Below, piece after piece: positions 1 to 14,258 of a stretch of DNA of 64,000 bases. The notes under the pieces are model-generated. The model was not told where the DNA came from. It did not search any database and worked only from the letters and a program-made list of their open reading frames with translations. Every line of letters begins with the position of its first letter. Within the stretch, counting starts at the first letter, position 1. This stretch comes from Botryllus schlosseri (lineage: Eukaryota), in contig CM119371.1 of assembly GCA_051294905.1 (NCBI GenBank), forward strand, positions 2,792,001 to 2,856,000. The letters are read 5' to 3'. The translations under genes were made by a program, and so were the position numbers.

Positions 1-241
1 ACGCATTCGCGTAAAATACATTCTTGGTTGCTTTCACACATTGTCACCACATTGTCTCTCCATATCCCGATAACCCCCAAAAATGCAAGGCTCAAATTAC
101 TGATTAATATTTATTTCAAATCAATTCTATACATTTCATAACATGAAAACGTAGCCCAATAAAACATAAAATCTCGTAAATTCCAGCCACTGCTCTCTCA
201 GTTGAAGATGAAGATACTTATCAGGAGTCATTAACAATACT

Positions 242-757
242 TAGGGCTGGGCAAAATCGAATACCTGAGTGATTCGACTCTTAATCACGTAATATGCTTC
301 GAGTCGAGTCGAGTAATCGAGTATCACTCATTATGACGCCCTAACAGAACGTGATGTGTGAAGGTTTAAATATGTATCTATTATGCCACCACGAAGAATA
401 TAATGCCTGTTATCCATCACATAAAAAATATTTTGGTAGTTTTTCGATCAAACCGATTTTATTGCACTTGGTGACAATGTTGCGAGACAATCCTGACTTT
501 GGAAATCTGCTGGTTCCAGCAACTTCGTAGCTTTGTACTATATGTTTCGTACGCTACGATACGGCCTATCAAGGTTTTAAGGCTTCAACAGTGAAAATTA
601 CTGTCGAAACTATAATTCTCGTTGATAAATTAACTGCCAGTGACGGGGAGCGTATAATTCCAGTACTCGAAAAAATCGTCTTTTACTTCTCGACTCGAAT
701 CATCACAATTAATACTCGATTCAGATTCGAGTACTCGAATCATTATGCCCAGCCCTA
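242..757. mobile_element. hAT-type MITE (TAGGGCTGGGCA family)
   Basis: TIRs TAGGGCTGGGCA / TGCCCAGCCCTA; TSD acaatact/acactact; family copies at 35514-35955 and 37904-38409. Confidence 0.88.
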
Positions 758-2362
758 ACACTACTCTTGAGGAATGAGTTGTGAATAATGTCATAATAAT
801 TGAAAATTAGTCACAATGGACAGTAAGAGTAATTTATGGAATGTCAAGCAGCAAATCATAATATCTCAGTAAAAAAAGAATATTTAATCACATTCATACG
901 ATTATCTGAAATTTCGATTGTTATGGGTTGACAATTTGCCTCTTTTTCAGTTAACTATGGTGTATTAAGTCATTTAGAATCAATTAATCACATATCAATA
1001 ATAAACGAGCACATCAAGAGGGATAAGCAAATTATATTATTATGCTCGAAGCATCCAGAAACACCATGGTAGCAGAAAAGTACTGCGACCGTCATTCTAC
1101 AGAATAATATCAAGGTCATGAAATATCTTGGTAATGGAAGTTTTCAACTCGGTAAGTTTACCTTTCAACACTCTCCTGAAGTCAACTGAACATATAGAGA
1201 AATATCACAACATGATGATGGAACATGGATAATGCTACATAGTTGACATTGCAATGGATTTCATACACTACATTTATTTTCAACAAAATTTTTTATTTTA
1301 TATTTTTTTGGGGTTTTTTCAAGTATTCAATTTCCATCATATTACATCACACAAAACATAACAACACTTCACACTGCACTTCTAAGATTATAACAATTAT
1401 TTTTCATTTTTCCATATTTATGTATTTTATGTAACTTCTATTATAATCAATTATTTTAAGGTGTAACACGATGAAATACATTTATTTATTTTATTCCGCT
1501 ATTCGATTCTACCTTGCGACTCAATCATTATAATAGCAGAAAATCAACAGGATGACGGCTTGAACTCTACTGTAGTAAAACCATCTGCACATTGAAATCA
1601 ACTAATTAACTTCATTTTCGGAAATATTTAGGATCGACGTGACGCTTACGTTATTGCCATTGTTTTCGTCGAATTGTGAATTTTTTTTGCCAACTGTTTG
1701 GTTACCTAATTGTGAAATGCACAATACAAATAGTATTGCGAAATTGCATCAATTAAACATGAAATAGCCAGTTTAAATTCCTAAATGAAATGCGGTAATT
1801 CTACTCTCCATATTTCAATTTTGCTGATGAGAAAATGATGGCTCTTGTACACGATCAACGATGTTGCATCTGTGGTCTTCTCAACAAGTGACTGAAAAAC
1901 AAGTATCTCTGAATAAATCAATATGCTAATTCATCAATCACGTCTGCAAACTATTCGGACTATGAGCCGGAGATGGACTTTTCACGTAGGTACGTAATTA
2001 ATTACACATTACAAAATAGAATGGACTTTTTGTAGACGACCTGGGCTCATGATCGGATAGATTTTTGGGATTTAATCTGCAGGTGGATTGTGTATTTATA
2101 TTTTCGCAATACGATTCTCAGGTATCTTGGGCACACAACCCAATATACGGTAACATATTTATTAAGTACTGGGACCATTTCATGAAAATAAACCTACAGG
2201 CAACACATCGTATCCTAGGTAGTATTGGCTGGAACGGCTAGAGGACATTTTTGAAAGTTTACATCTCGATTAGGGAAATTGCAGTGCCGTGAGCAATGTC
2301 GAGTATCAATGACATTTAAACAGTGTCTCTACAGCTTGTTTGACGTAAATTACATTCTTATT

Positions 2363-3330
2363 GCCACCAGAATCATCTGTATTAGTGGAAAATTCATTAA
2401 AACCAGGGACTTACGTTTCTTATTTAAGGTAGCCTAAAATAGGTGACGATAAGCGTACTACTATCATCCTTATATAATTAGACAATTCTAGTTGTCTAAT
2501 TAGATTAGTTAGAGCGAAATGCAGGTAATCTAATTTGAATCTATTTTGTGAAATGATTGTCTGCTCTAATTCTAATCTAATTTGTCAAATTTTTATATAT
2601 TCTTATTTTAATTCAAACCCTGTGAATGCTACTGAGATAACTGTATAGTGCGAAACGAGCCACACCTGTTTCACAGACATTTTCTATTATCATGGTCATA
2701 AGAATAAACCTGATTTGATAGTAATGGAACTGGATTCAATGACCTAGTTTTTTGCGGATTCGGTAATTCTAATTACAATCTAATTTGGAAAAATGTATAA
2801 CTATACCTGCAGTTTTAATGTATTTTAACAGCTTTTTTCATGAAAAATATATTTTTAATGCCACTAGGATCATCTGTATGAGTGGAAAATTCATCTAAAA
2901 TAGGTACGTGCATTTTATCTTCAAGGTTGCCTAAAATAGGTGACGATAAGCGTACTCCTATCAGACTTGAATAATTAAATAATTTTAGTTGTCTAATTAG
3001 ACTAAATAGAGCTAAATGCCTGTAATCTAATTCGAATATAATTTGTGAAATGATTCTTTGCCATGATTCTGTGAAATTTTTAGATGTTCTCATTTCAACG
3101 CAAAGCCTATCTCTGGTTTTCCTGTAAATGCTACTGAGAGAATTGTATAGTGCCAAACGAGCCAGGCTTGTTGGACAGACATTTTCTATTATCATGCTCA
3201 TGAGATTGAGCCATGATTTGATAGTAACGGAACTGGATTCAATGACCTATTTTTTTTGCGGATTCGGTAATTCTAATTACAATCTAATTTGGAAAAATGT
3301 ATAGCTCTAACTACAGTTTTAATGTATTTT
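2363..3330. repeat. Diverged tandem duplication, two copies of ~465 bp
   Basis: gccac(c/t)ag..tcatctgtat.agtggaaaattcat at 2363 and 2860, colinear to cagttttaatgtatttt at ~2826 and ~3330. Confidence 0.9.
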
Positions 3331-4420
3331 GAGAAAATTACTGCGATAATTATAATTCTACTATAATTTGGAAATAACTGGGTAGCGGCAATTTTTATTC
3401 TAATATATGTTGGAAAAAATTGTAACTGTAATGCCAGTTTGAATTCGGATTTGCAAAAGCAGGATATCTTTTAGATGACCGAGTCTGACTGGAAATAAAT
3501 CTGAAATCTTGTCGATTTGCGGTAAAACTCTCGAGCACATTTGGGTACGGAAAATTTGTAAGCTGTCACTTAAGATTACCTAATAAAAGGATTTGGCAAC
3601 CAGTCCCAGTAATAATATTTGAAATTTACATACTCTGGTGTCTTTCAACTCTTCATTTAATCTACTGCTACTTGCCACCCTAGCCAAAAATTGACTGGAT
3701 CACTCCAACTTCTGTTCGAGTTGATTCAATGAATATTTCGATAGTTTATAGAAAAATTATGTGACAACATATTATGACCATTAACTCTATTTATTTCCCC
3801 TCCAGCAGCTGAACAATCCAGACCGACTAATTTTCGACCGACGCCGTATTACCATATAAATTCTTCGAGTATCTCATCAAATCTTCGTTTCATAATACAA
3901 CAAATATTTCTCCCAATAAAATGAAATCTGTGTGGTCTGAACGCAGCAAGTAATCATGAATTGAAGTGACGCATCACTGCCGAATCCCAACTTTAGTATA
4001 TATTGACAGAGGTGGTCAGTAACCAAGTAACTCAACTTTTTCAAAGTATAAAAGTACGTTTTGCCCACTTACACTACTTACTTAAGTAGTTATTAGTTCA
4101 GACTACTTATACTTCTACTTGACAACTTTCATTTTTTTCTGCAAAACTAGGAGTGATGTGAAAACTATGTTGCGACTCGATGTGAAATGCATGACAGCGC
4201 TATTATATTCTTGCAGAATAAACAAAGTCTTTTTTCCACAAAGCTACGTGTGATGCACCGCGTGTTAACGTTATGATGTCACTATCCGACATCACATCAG
4301 TTAATATTGTATATTAATTTATATAATACACAGTTTGCGTCACAATATTTCGAAGCTGTTGTTTGAAACCGGATGTGCATGAGATTGGATCGACGATGTA
4401 ATGGAAGGATAAATCTCGAC

Positions 4421-4614
4421 CAATGTTCCCTCTAAGCTGCGCAGGTGCGCAAATGCGCAGTGCTTTCACGGTCTCTGCGCACAGAAAATCTAAGTTGCGC
4501 ACAAAAAAATTCGAAATGATGACCTTTTTTTGGTCATTACGCACTGTTTTCCAAGGGTCTACGCAGTGAGTTGGTGAGCGTGCGCAGACCAGTCAAAATT
4601 TAGAGGGAACATTG
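4421..4614. mobile_element. hAT-type MITE
   Basis: TIRs CAATGTTCCCTCTAA / TTAGAGGGAACATTG; TSD atctcgac/atctcaac. Confidence 0.88.
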
Positions 4615-5143
4615 ATCTCAACTCTCATTTTAGAACGGTCAGACTTCGTAACATCTACTCACCTATAATAAAAATCCATGTCGAGTCGCTCCCAGGCATC
4701 CGTTTCTCGGTGAACTGAAATAAGAAATAATTTACATAGCTTAAAATGCTTGTTAGCAAAAGATGTATGTAGCCTATGAATTGTGCTCTGTTGCTTAGCC
4801 TATTGCGTTATATCTGAAACAGTCATCAGGCTTGAAGAGAGTTAAAATAATCAAAAATATAAATGAATTGTGTCCTATGATACATGGTGGTTTAGTTATG
4901 TGAAGTAAGCGTACGAAACTAGCGCTTATCGACTGTTTTAAATCCGAATCCTATTCCTGATGATACATTCAAATCCAAGTACAAATCCATATTTTATTTT
5001 GTCCTGCGTCCATATCCTCGTCCAATCCGGTAATGTCTGAAACTTGATCAAAAAGTCGCATGAAAATGAAAGCTACGTTAAATTGTATGTCAAAGTACGG
5101 ATGGAAATCCATCTTCGAATGAATCATAAACCATTATCTAAAG

Positions 5144-5516
5144 CAGTGGTTCCCAACGTGAGCGATTTGGCTGTCTAGGGGGGCGAAAATGACGAAGGGG
5201 GCGATAGGGGGGCGAAAATGGACAAAGGGTGTGACAGGGGGCGAAAATAGTGAAGGGGACGATAAGGGACGATGGCGCTTTAAAACTGCTATATTGGAGT
5301 CAAGTCGTAGAAATGACTTTTTTTTAGTCAACCCACAAAATATTAGCTGCAAAAGTGTAAAACTTCGATATCGAGCCAAAAAGTTGCCCTTTTTTTATTC
5401 AACCCGCCGCTGATTACAGTTTGTGTTCCCATTCATCGGTTCAAAAAATTTGGGGGCGATGATCGGTGTGGTGCTTGAAAAGGGGGCGTTGAATCAAAAA
5501 AGGTTGGGATCCACTT
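5144..5516. mobile_element. hAT-type MITE with GGGGCGA subterminal repeats
   Basis: Ends CAGTGGTTCCCAAC / GTTGGGATCCACTT; TSD ATCTAAAG. Confidence 0.88.
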
Positions 5517-7471
5517 ATCTAAAGCCAGGCAAAAGAGATGACACGTGACCTCAATACCATAGAGGTGCATAGAGTGGATTCGTAAAATCGTGATATTATT
5601 TTTTATGGTTTCCGTTCAAAACCGGTGGCTTTCAAAGGGAACATTGCTGTGGCAAACATGTTTTTCACACTCTCCACTTTCATTTCAGACAACATTATAT
5701 TAAGAGCGCAGTGTCGTTTTACTGTGTTATGGTTATGTCAGTGGGCAGTGAAATGAGAAATCACACACAATATGATGCCTTGACAGTACAATGCATATTA
5801 CATATATCTAATCCAATTAGATATGGGAATGAGTGAAAGTAACTCTAATCAATTTGTAAAACATTTTATGCAATATGCAGCTAATTATTTACGTATTGTC
5901 AATACGTATTGTAAATTTATATTCGATTTATAGTCGTACTGGTTCCACGTTCTGTGAGATACTTGCACATAACGAATATGGGCTCGCATATTCGTTTTCG
6001 TATCAAAGGTAAATCGAACAAAGTTATCCGGAATGCTATTTTAAGATTTATAGTACTTGATTAGGTTGGACAAAACGATTTCGGAGTTAATGCAATGTTG
6101 TAGATTATAATTCAGTTCTACCTAAAAGAATGCACAATGCACATGAATGATGAAATGATTCGTATAAACCCCAATATAGAAAGTGGGATGCTGTATGACA
6201 TAAAACCAAGAATCCTGCAGAGAGGTGGTCACTGGTCAGTAACGGAGCAAATCTACTTTATCAGGCTACTCGAGTAGTGCTGTCTACTTGCATCGCCTAA
6301 TCAAGGGGTTGTCATTTTAGACTACTTCTGTTTCTACTTCTTGTCACAGTTGTTTGTCAAAACTACTTACTTTATGCAATATTGATTTTGAAAACTATCA
6401 AGTTGTTCCTAGCTGCGTATTCGTCATCGTTTTCAGTGAAATCCTTATAGGAGCCGCCTTAAATAGCCCATGTATCACGGTGACTGCATGAACATATTTT
6501 CAAAGATTCCACTCCCTTGCAGTGCCATTAGTCATTTTGCATTACCTGCAAAGACATATCTTCCAATTTCGAAAGTAGGTATCTCCCATAAACTGCTAAA
6601 AGTATGCGGCCCTTCGACCAAATCTACTTTTTGAAACTACTTATTTCACTACATTTCAGACTAATACATTTTCTACTTCCACCTCAAGTCAATTTGTGAT
6701 TTCTTGGAAATTGCTACTTCTACTTGTATATCAGCAGCAGCTTACGGCGTCATTTATCGTTCCACATGAGTCTTAACTCTGACTACTGTGACTACCTCTA
6801 ATGATTCATGAACTCGTGTTAGCAACTCTCAGAACCAATCGGAGTCCGCTTGGTCACCAGATGTTGTAAATAAGCTACATGAAGTAATAAATTTGTTCCA
6901 TAGTTATAAAAGCATATGAAAGTGGTTTACAAGTTTCTGTGACTCATCGTCCCATATCAAGCTCGATATATCTTTATCATGCCCCATAATGGTAGAAGTA
7001 CTATCAGCAGCGAAGTAGTTGTGCTTTTCTGTAGTACTTATTATTATATACTTGTTACGCTTACTCAAGTAGTTTTGTTCGTATACTGCTTTTACATCAA
7101 CAATTTTTTTATGGTGAATACTAATTTTTGCATACTTGACAATGTCAAGTAAAAGTCGATTTTGACACGCTTTAACGACGCCTTGCTTCGAAATTGATAC
7201 GCAAGCTCACAATCAGCAACATGTGAGCGATCATGCCTGAATTTCGTACAACAATTAATCGTATCAAGTATGGGATATCGAATAAAACTAAAATTCATGA
7301 ATACTGTGCGTTATCACACAACCCTGATAACGACACTGTGTCATGAATGAAACTAAAGCCTCATGATTTCTAGCGTTAGTAAAGAACTGGACATGTTACG
7401 TGAATTGACCATTTTATTCAAAGTGATCGCGCTCATGTAATATACCTTACAAAACGTATCTAAGATATAAT

Positions 7472-7681
7472 TCAACCAAACAATGACTCACATTTCAAAA
7501 CTTCCAACTCAGTATCGGGATCGTTTGCAATCTTCTGGACTTTCTGCAATTCGTCTCCTTTCAACATATGATGTCCCCACTCGTATATCAATGTTACTTT
7601 CTTCAAATTGGAGTTGTTGATGATATACGAAATCTCATCCAGTGAAACACGATACCATAATATGCATCGGATATATTCGAT
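7472..7681 (-). CDS. Module D terminal exon (IEYIRCILWYRVSLDEISYIINNSNLKKVTLI...VLKCESLFG*)
   Basis: ttctcactgcag| phase-0 acceptor, 69 codons then TGA, degenerate LRR-like NLKKVTL; AATAAA on the minus strand at 7413-7418. Confidence 0.58.
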   Translation of the reverse strand: MEYIRCILWYRVSLDEISYIINNSNLKKVTLIYEWGHHMLKGDELQKVQKIANDPDTELEVLKCESLFG

Positions 7682-7775
7682 CTGCAGTGAGAAATTATGA
7701 CTATTAATATTGTGTATTACAATGATGCTTACCACTATTGTTGACCATTTCGCCAGTGGCCATAATGTAGTACAA

Positions 7776-9406
7776 CAAGGGTCGGCAACGTACGGCCCGC
7801 GGGCCGGATCCGGCCCGCCAAGCGAAATCGTCCGGCCCGCGACGAAATAATTAGTTACCACAAGAATACGGCCCGCCGTTTCGTAATGAGTTCCAATCTG
7901 CAGTGCAGCACTGCAGTACTGCTTGGTAAGAATGCGGCATTGTTACGATGTAAGTATCCTACGTCGTATTGGTCTATTGTTACGCCATAAAACTGGTGCG
8001 AAGGCTGTTGATTAGTAGCCTATCTCGTACTAAAAGTAGGAGATGGAGAATGTATGTAGAGTAGACTAGACCAGTGCTTATAAAGCGTGTGTATCGCGCA
8101 ACCATGGGTATACCATACTTTTTAAGGGATTGCCACTCTGATAGGGTGCGACAATAAAGGTGCGGCTCCTCTGCTTCAAAAACGCTTGGAACATCTCAGA
8201 CGCAATGACAAAATCCCAAAGTTTCCGTTTCATTTGAGGTCACCAGCCGCCGTAGGTTAGTCATCTGCAGTTTAATTCACCAGAAGACATTATACGCCAA
8301 GACAGCAAACCTGAATATTGTTTTGGACACAGTGGGGAAAGCTGATTTTGTTTCACAAACTTGATCACCGATAGTTAGCCTACCCCATATATTACTAGAA
8401 GCAGGGAATCAATATGGCGATGTCCTGTATATCTGCCATGTTTGCACATAAGTCCAGCCGCTATCCTTGCACGAGAGTATGAACTGAGAAACGAAATAGC
8501 AACTTTCATTGAAAATACAAACATCGCCGACTCATAATCTTGTCATCGAAAATGGGTATCTAATCTTGCTTTCGTAGTACATTTAACGTCACATCTAACA
8601 AATTGAATTTGCAACTTCAGGAGGAAATAACTGAATACATGAGATGTTGAGGCGCATTCGAAACAAAACTGCGACTCTGGGAATGTCAACAGTAAAAAGA
8701 AAATCATGCTCACTTTCCTATACTGGTGGAGAGTAAACCTCTAGTACCAGCACTATACCTTTGTAACTGTGATACGAAATTTAATTACTGAATTTCCACC
8801 CGCTTTTCCGACATTCGTTCTGTACAAAATAAATTCTGACTACTCAGTACTCGGTTTAATGTGTGCGGCAATACCGTTGCCTGAAAATTTCAAATGAGCC
8901 CTTTTCAAATGCGATGCATTTGAATTGAAAGACAAATTTCATACAAAGAGCATATCGCTGCATGACTTTGACAAAGAGTACGTTCTCGAAATAGGTCTTT
9001 ATCCCAGCTTGACCAACAATGCAAAAGAAATGGCATCGACTTTTGATAGCACGTACGCATGTGAAAAATAGTTTAAAACGATGGAATTCACGAAGAGCAA
9101 GCTAAGATCACGTATTCTAAAATGCCCATTTAGAATGTGGTTTGATTGTTGCTTCATCTGACTTGTTATTAGAAGTTGAAATTCTTTCACAAAGCATGCT
9201 GCGCCAAGTGTCACATCTATGCTGCGTTGTTGAAGTGTAAATACATGTGTTTTGCCCTTTTTGTGATTTGTATGATTGAGATTGCAGCAATATCGGGTAC
9301 TAAACCGATGTGAGCGTTAAATATAGTATCAAGAAAAATTCTGGCCCGCCAAGAAGTTGTGCACTCGAAATTTGGCCCGCGACTAGCAAAAGGTTGCCGA
9401 CCCCTG
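7776..9406 (+). mobile_element. Charlie/Buster (GTF2IRD2-like) hAT relic in the module D intron
   Basis: Ends CAAGGGTCGGCAAC / GTTGCCGACCCCTG, perfect TSD TAGTACAA; frameshifted transposase motifs (LNLQLQ, NKLRLWE, HFP, STYACE, KSKLRSR). Confidence 0.92.
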
Positions 9407-9706
9407 TAGTACAATATACTTTGGATCATAGGTTTGAACGGTTTAGTCTGGCCCGCTAGGCGATTCTGAAAAAATGGCCGTATTATCCGACACATTTCCA
9501 ATACATGTTGAAGTTTCTAGTAGGAAACATTTCCATTCTCTCAAGACAGAAAATGTCGAGCATTTTCGGTTCAGGTCAAATTATAACCACCTGATCGTGA
9601 TGTTGAGATTACACTGTAGTCACCGTCAGCAACAAGTCACTGCCATTGACACTAGTGTTACCATAAGTCATATTTTTTGACTTTTTTGAAAGTGTTCTAG
9701 GAACAC

Positions 9707-10367
9707 TGGGGGTGTTAATATTTTTTTCAATTATATCGGTTTAGATGTCAAATCGTCAGGTTACCTAGAAAAGCGTTGCACACCAATTTTGACTCAACTC
9801 CAGCCAGTGGATCTGAGGTCAGTCAAATTGAAATTTCGGTCACGTTTTGAAATATGACCAATTTGTGACCAATTTTGTCACACTGAAATGACCAAAAATC
9901 CTGTTCCAGGTATGCCCCGAGTGGCAGGCATGTCTTTTTCACATGTTTTTATCTTGATACGGGCCTAGGGTGGGGTTTGGATGAAGACATCGCCAGTGAA
10001 CAAAAAAAAAATATATGACACGGACCACCTGGAAATTGGTCCACTTTATTGAAACCTTTTTCGTTCACTGGCGATGTCTTCATTCAAACCCCACCCTAGG
10101 ACCTTGTCAAGTTCAAAACAAGTGGGAAAGACACCCTGCCACTTCGGGCATACCTGAAACAAGATTTTTGGTCATGTCGGTGTGACGAAATTGGTCATCG
10201 TAAATAGTATTATTTCAAAGATCACTGAAATTCCAATTTGACTGACCTCGGCTTCTACTGGTTGGAATTGAACCGAATTCGGTGTGCAACGTTTTTTTAG
10301 GTAACCTGACGATTTGACAAGTAGGCCGATGAAATTTGAAAAAAGAAGTATTTTTCCAACAGCCCTA
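9707..10367. mobile_element. Fold-back (palindromic) MITE, ~660 bp
   Basis: Long imperfect palindrome centred near 10035 (cctagggtggggtttggatgaagacatcgccagtgaac vs gttcactggcgatgtcttcattcaaaccccaccctagg); TSD aggaacac/aggtacac; relatives at ~41763-42630 and ~50630-51000. Confidence 0.85.
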
Positions 10368-11432
10368 AGGTACACGCTCAAATGACCTCTTTTTGAGAAT
10401 TTGTCTTTTTTTTGAAAATTTTGGTAAAATGTACATGAAAATTCAACTGAGAAATTTGAAATAAGTACAGAAGTAACGCTCCGGCAGGTCTTTCGGGAGT
10501 TGGGAGTTGAGCCAGAATGGTGACCTTTTTTTTTACTCAACCAACTACAAAATTGGAACAAATTTGCCATTTTTTTAAAATTTCACTCCTGTATTGCGAG
10601 TCTGAAATTTATTTAAATGGTGTCCTCTTTTCAGATTCCCAGAACATGGTAACCCTAATCGACACTTAATTCTGAGAAGGCGAAAAAGTGCTCGGTGAGT
10701 TCACAGTTTCATGCAAAAACTGATCACAAAGTAGTTATATGTAGAAGTGGATAATGCAATTATGACACCAAAATATAATTCAAATATCTGTGGTCGCACT
10801 CCTTTTGCGCTTATGAGTCAACATCTCCTTGGCTTCCAGAGAAACCCGAATCAAGATGTAAAAATGATGAAGCAAGTTTCAACGTCTACGTTTACAGTTA
10901 AATCGCTTGTATTCCTCACAACGCTTACACAGGATTGTCAGATGCAGACTAAAACAAAGCAAGCATAGCAATTCGCCAACGTATATCGTCGGTCCCGCCA
11001 TTCATCGTAATTTTGCCAATTCGGTTGTTTGCGAATAATAAAGGTATTGAGGGAATAAAACCAGATGGCCGTGATATAACGTGATTAATATAATGCCTAA
11101 AAGCTTTATAATAATGTATTCAAGTGAAAAACAAGGGCTTAGATTTTAGTGGAATATTTTGAAATCATTTGACTGGTCCGGCCCGCGAGTGCTCAAAATG
11201 TTTGACTCTGTCCTGCGACGCCAGTTGAGTTTGACACACTGCTTTAGAATAAAAAATTACCAGGAATCACGAACTCCGCAACTGCGGTGGATATGTCGGC
11301 CATGGAATATAAGTTAATTCATGTGGAGGGGACTCGTACTGTGAGGAACTCAAGAACTCAATGATAAACGTGCGATGGTGGGAGAAGAACGTTCAATATA
11401 TCCAATGCAACTAATACTATATGAAGTACTAC

Positions 11433-11600
11433 CTTCTTTTGCTGACAAGCTTCTAACGTCTTCCTGAATTCATCTGCTTTATCAACGTAAAACATGGCAT
11501 GGATATTGCCAAAAACGGGAATTGCTGTCCTGCGCTCCAAAATTCGGCTGTAATCCTGGACAGGTATCAGGCCATTCACGGCAATATCCAGGAGATCCAA
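11433..11600 (-). CDS. Module D LRR-like exon (LDLLDIAVNGLIPVQDYSRILE...LEACQQKK)
   Basis: cattttag| acceptor and GAAG|gtagta donor; 168 nt, phase 0-0; starts with an LxxLxIxxN motif that continues ...KGIQ in LRR register. Confidence 0.6.
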
Positions 11601-14258
11601 CTAAAATGCGAAAAACAGTTATTCCCAGACTTTAAGATAGCCGCCGTAAAGATGAATGGGTTCGAAGTCATATAAAATCATAGGTAAATATAAATGCGTT
11701 TAAAAAATACTTTGGGAATAGAATCAGGAATCATACTTGATACTTTTTCCAGCAAGTCTCAATCAGCGACCAATCAATGATTTCTTTTTTTTCTGTGCAA
11801 TCGAGCAGGATCTTGCTTATCTGAACACAATATTGATTTCATTACGTAAGATGACGAAATTGTCTCCATGTTTTCCTATATGAATAATTATTCATATCGG
11901 TAAAGTTCAATACTGATTCATTAGAATTCTTCGATTCTCCATAATGCATATGCTACATCGGTATTAGTCTCATTCCAGAGAATTATTTTATCTCAAGTAG
12001 GAGTGAAAGTAGCGATTCACAATTAGGTGAAATATAATTATTGCAGGCCTAGTTTTGCGTAAAAATGAAAACTGCCAAATAGAAGTAGCATGAAATCTTA
12101 ACCACTTGAGTACGTAGGACAAGTAGAATAAATGTACCTGAAGTACTACGACAAGTGGAAGTACTTCGTTACTGATCACCTCTAGATAAATGTTGTAAGG
12201 AACGCAGGATAGCGTATGTAGCGATGTCGCTTATGTTTACGCAAAGGTTGAATTTTACTCGAACAGTATTACATATTGAAAACTGCGTTAAAACTGGCAC
12301 AGACAAAAGCATACTCTATTTCAAATATTATCTACCCGCTTTCGAAACCAGGATTTGGAGCAGGCATTGTTGCTTTTCACCTCAGACTACGCCAATGCTT
12401 GAGCGCACATTACGAGATGATCAGTAACAATCTGCTTCTATTTCTTAAAAGTGGTTAAAATACCGATTTCACTTATGAAATTGATGCAAAATTATGCCTG
12501 AAAGGGGCACTGCACTCTAAAAGTGACGTGGTTTCAAATTGAAGGGCAAAACGAAAATAAAAATTTGGACGTAGCCATTTTCTTCAGAACGCCGCCGTAA
12601 TGGAGCTGGAATTTATTGAAATTTCCACATGACGTTCACGCTCCAGCAGTCATGCAGAGATCGAACTTTATATAGTTGTCAGCCAATGTTATGGAGAAAA
12701 TATGTCGTACACGTCTAGGTGGTTTAGATACCGTGTTCAACGGAAGATGCTCAGTCAGGGACTTATGTCAAAATCGGGCCTAGAGTATTCCATTTCTTTA
12801 GGACAGAAATAAATCATGTCTAACAATTTTTTATATATAAAAAATGTTTTATGCATAAGAATAGGACATGATTTTAGACTACTTTCACGGAAAATTACTT
12901 ACTTTTCACGGATTGGATTTTGAGAAATAGAAAGTAGTTTTGTTGCGTTTGTATCACTGTGATGCGTGAAATCGTCTTAAGAAATCGCAATTGAAATCAT
13001 GGTAACTGTTGAATGTAATTTCCAAGATTATAGAAATTTGCAATAATAATCATTTTTAGTTACTCGCAGAGACTCATCTTTTAATTTACAAAGTAACCGC
13101 TAGCGATAAATCACCAAACACTTACGAACGATCGACCAAAACTACTTTTCGAAACTCAAGGTACTTTTCAAACTTGTCACTTTCTACCTCCGCTTGAAGT
13201 AGTTTTAACATATCGTGGACACTATTTCTACATATGATTGCATATAAAATAAAACATTCCTTCGCTATCAAATTGAACTAATTGCTTTCGGAGTGGTCTC
13301 GAAATTAATGATGACTAGGGAGATTTTTTTACCTGAATAACGCGAGATTTTGACCTGAAAAATCAAAATTTTCACATTTTTTTAGCTTATAAAACATAAT
13401 TTTGACAAAATATTGCCCTTATGGATAGGTGTTTTCGAACATATTGTTATAGTTGTACTACTTATCGTCATTTTTGGTTGGAGCTGTCTGTCCTTACGAA
13501 GTAGTTTTGACTGATCAACTTATTGACTCCGAAACTGACAAATTTTTACAGTAAATTTTTTTTTGTATTTTAACGAAATCTGGACCTATGAAGAATTCCT
13601 AGTCACATCACGCATTATGATAGAAATATTTAAAATTTGTTGTAGTACAACAACGAAAGATACTTTCCTACATTCCCGGGTATAAAGTGTCTGTCCATAC
13701 TAAGTAACTTGTCAAGAATGGAGAAAGAGCGTTCAACAGCAGCAGCTGGCAACATTGAAGTTGTGCGTACACTGCTGGTGACATAGCGTGTTGCTTCATT
13801 TTAACAATGTTGTCTACATCGCAATTTTTATTCATGCGCTTCTTGATATAAGAACCAATGCCCACGCAGTCTTGCATCAGTTAGGATATTGCGGTACGTT
13901 GAGCATAACACCGTGTCAACCTATTTGTTTCATTTGACCGCTTATGATTACCAATGAGCAGACAATGGGCCGTCTACAATGTTAGGCCTATAAAATAGGC
14001 TACAAGATGTAAAATGATAAGTTCAGCGACAGTGCAAACATGTGCGATACAAATGAAATGCAAATAGTTTTTGACTTTGTAAACAATTTTGACAATTTTT
14101 CATACCTTACGCTACAATTTTAACAAAATATTGACCTTTCTAGCAATGTCAAAAAATCGCCCTAATAGTCATAAAATATGTAGAATAGTCTTGAATAGTT
14201 GGTACAGTACTTCGGTACTGTACCTCTGATGTAGATACCGAATACCAGTACCAACAGC

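Noticed and set aside
1780..1891. Possible further minus-strand exon (SLVEKTTDATSLIVYK...) after gtttttcag
   Set aside because: Acceptor-like site and a short open frame, but no LRR motif, partner exon or homology.
2815..3201. 128-aa minus-strand ORF
   Set aside because: Lies in a non-coding tandem duplicate whose other copy is not open; no domain.
12520..12750. Mariner-like HTH remnant (CYGENMS...RWF)
   Set aside because: Too short and decayed; no paired TIRs identified.
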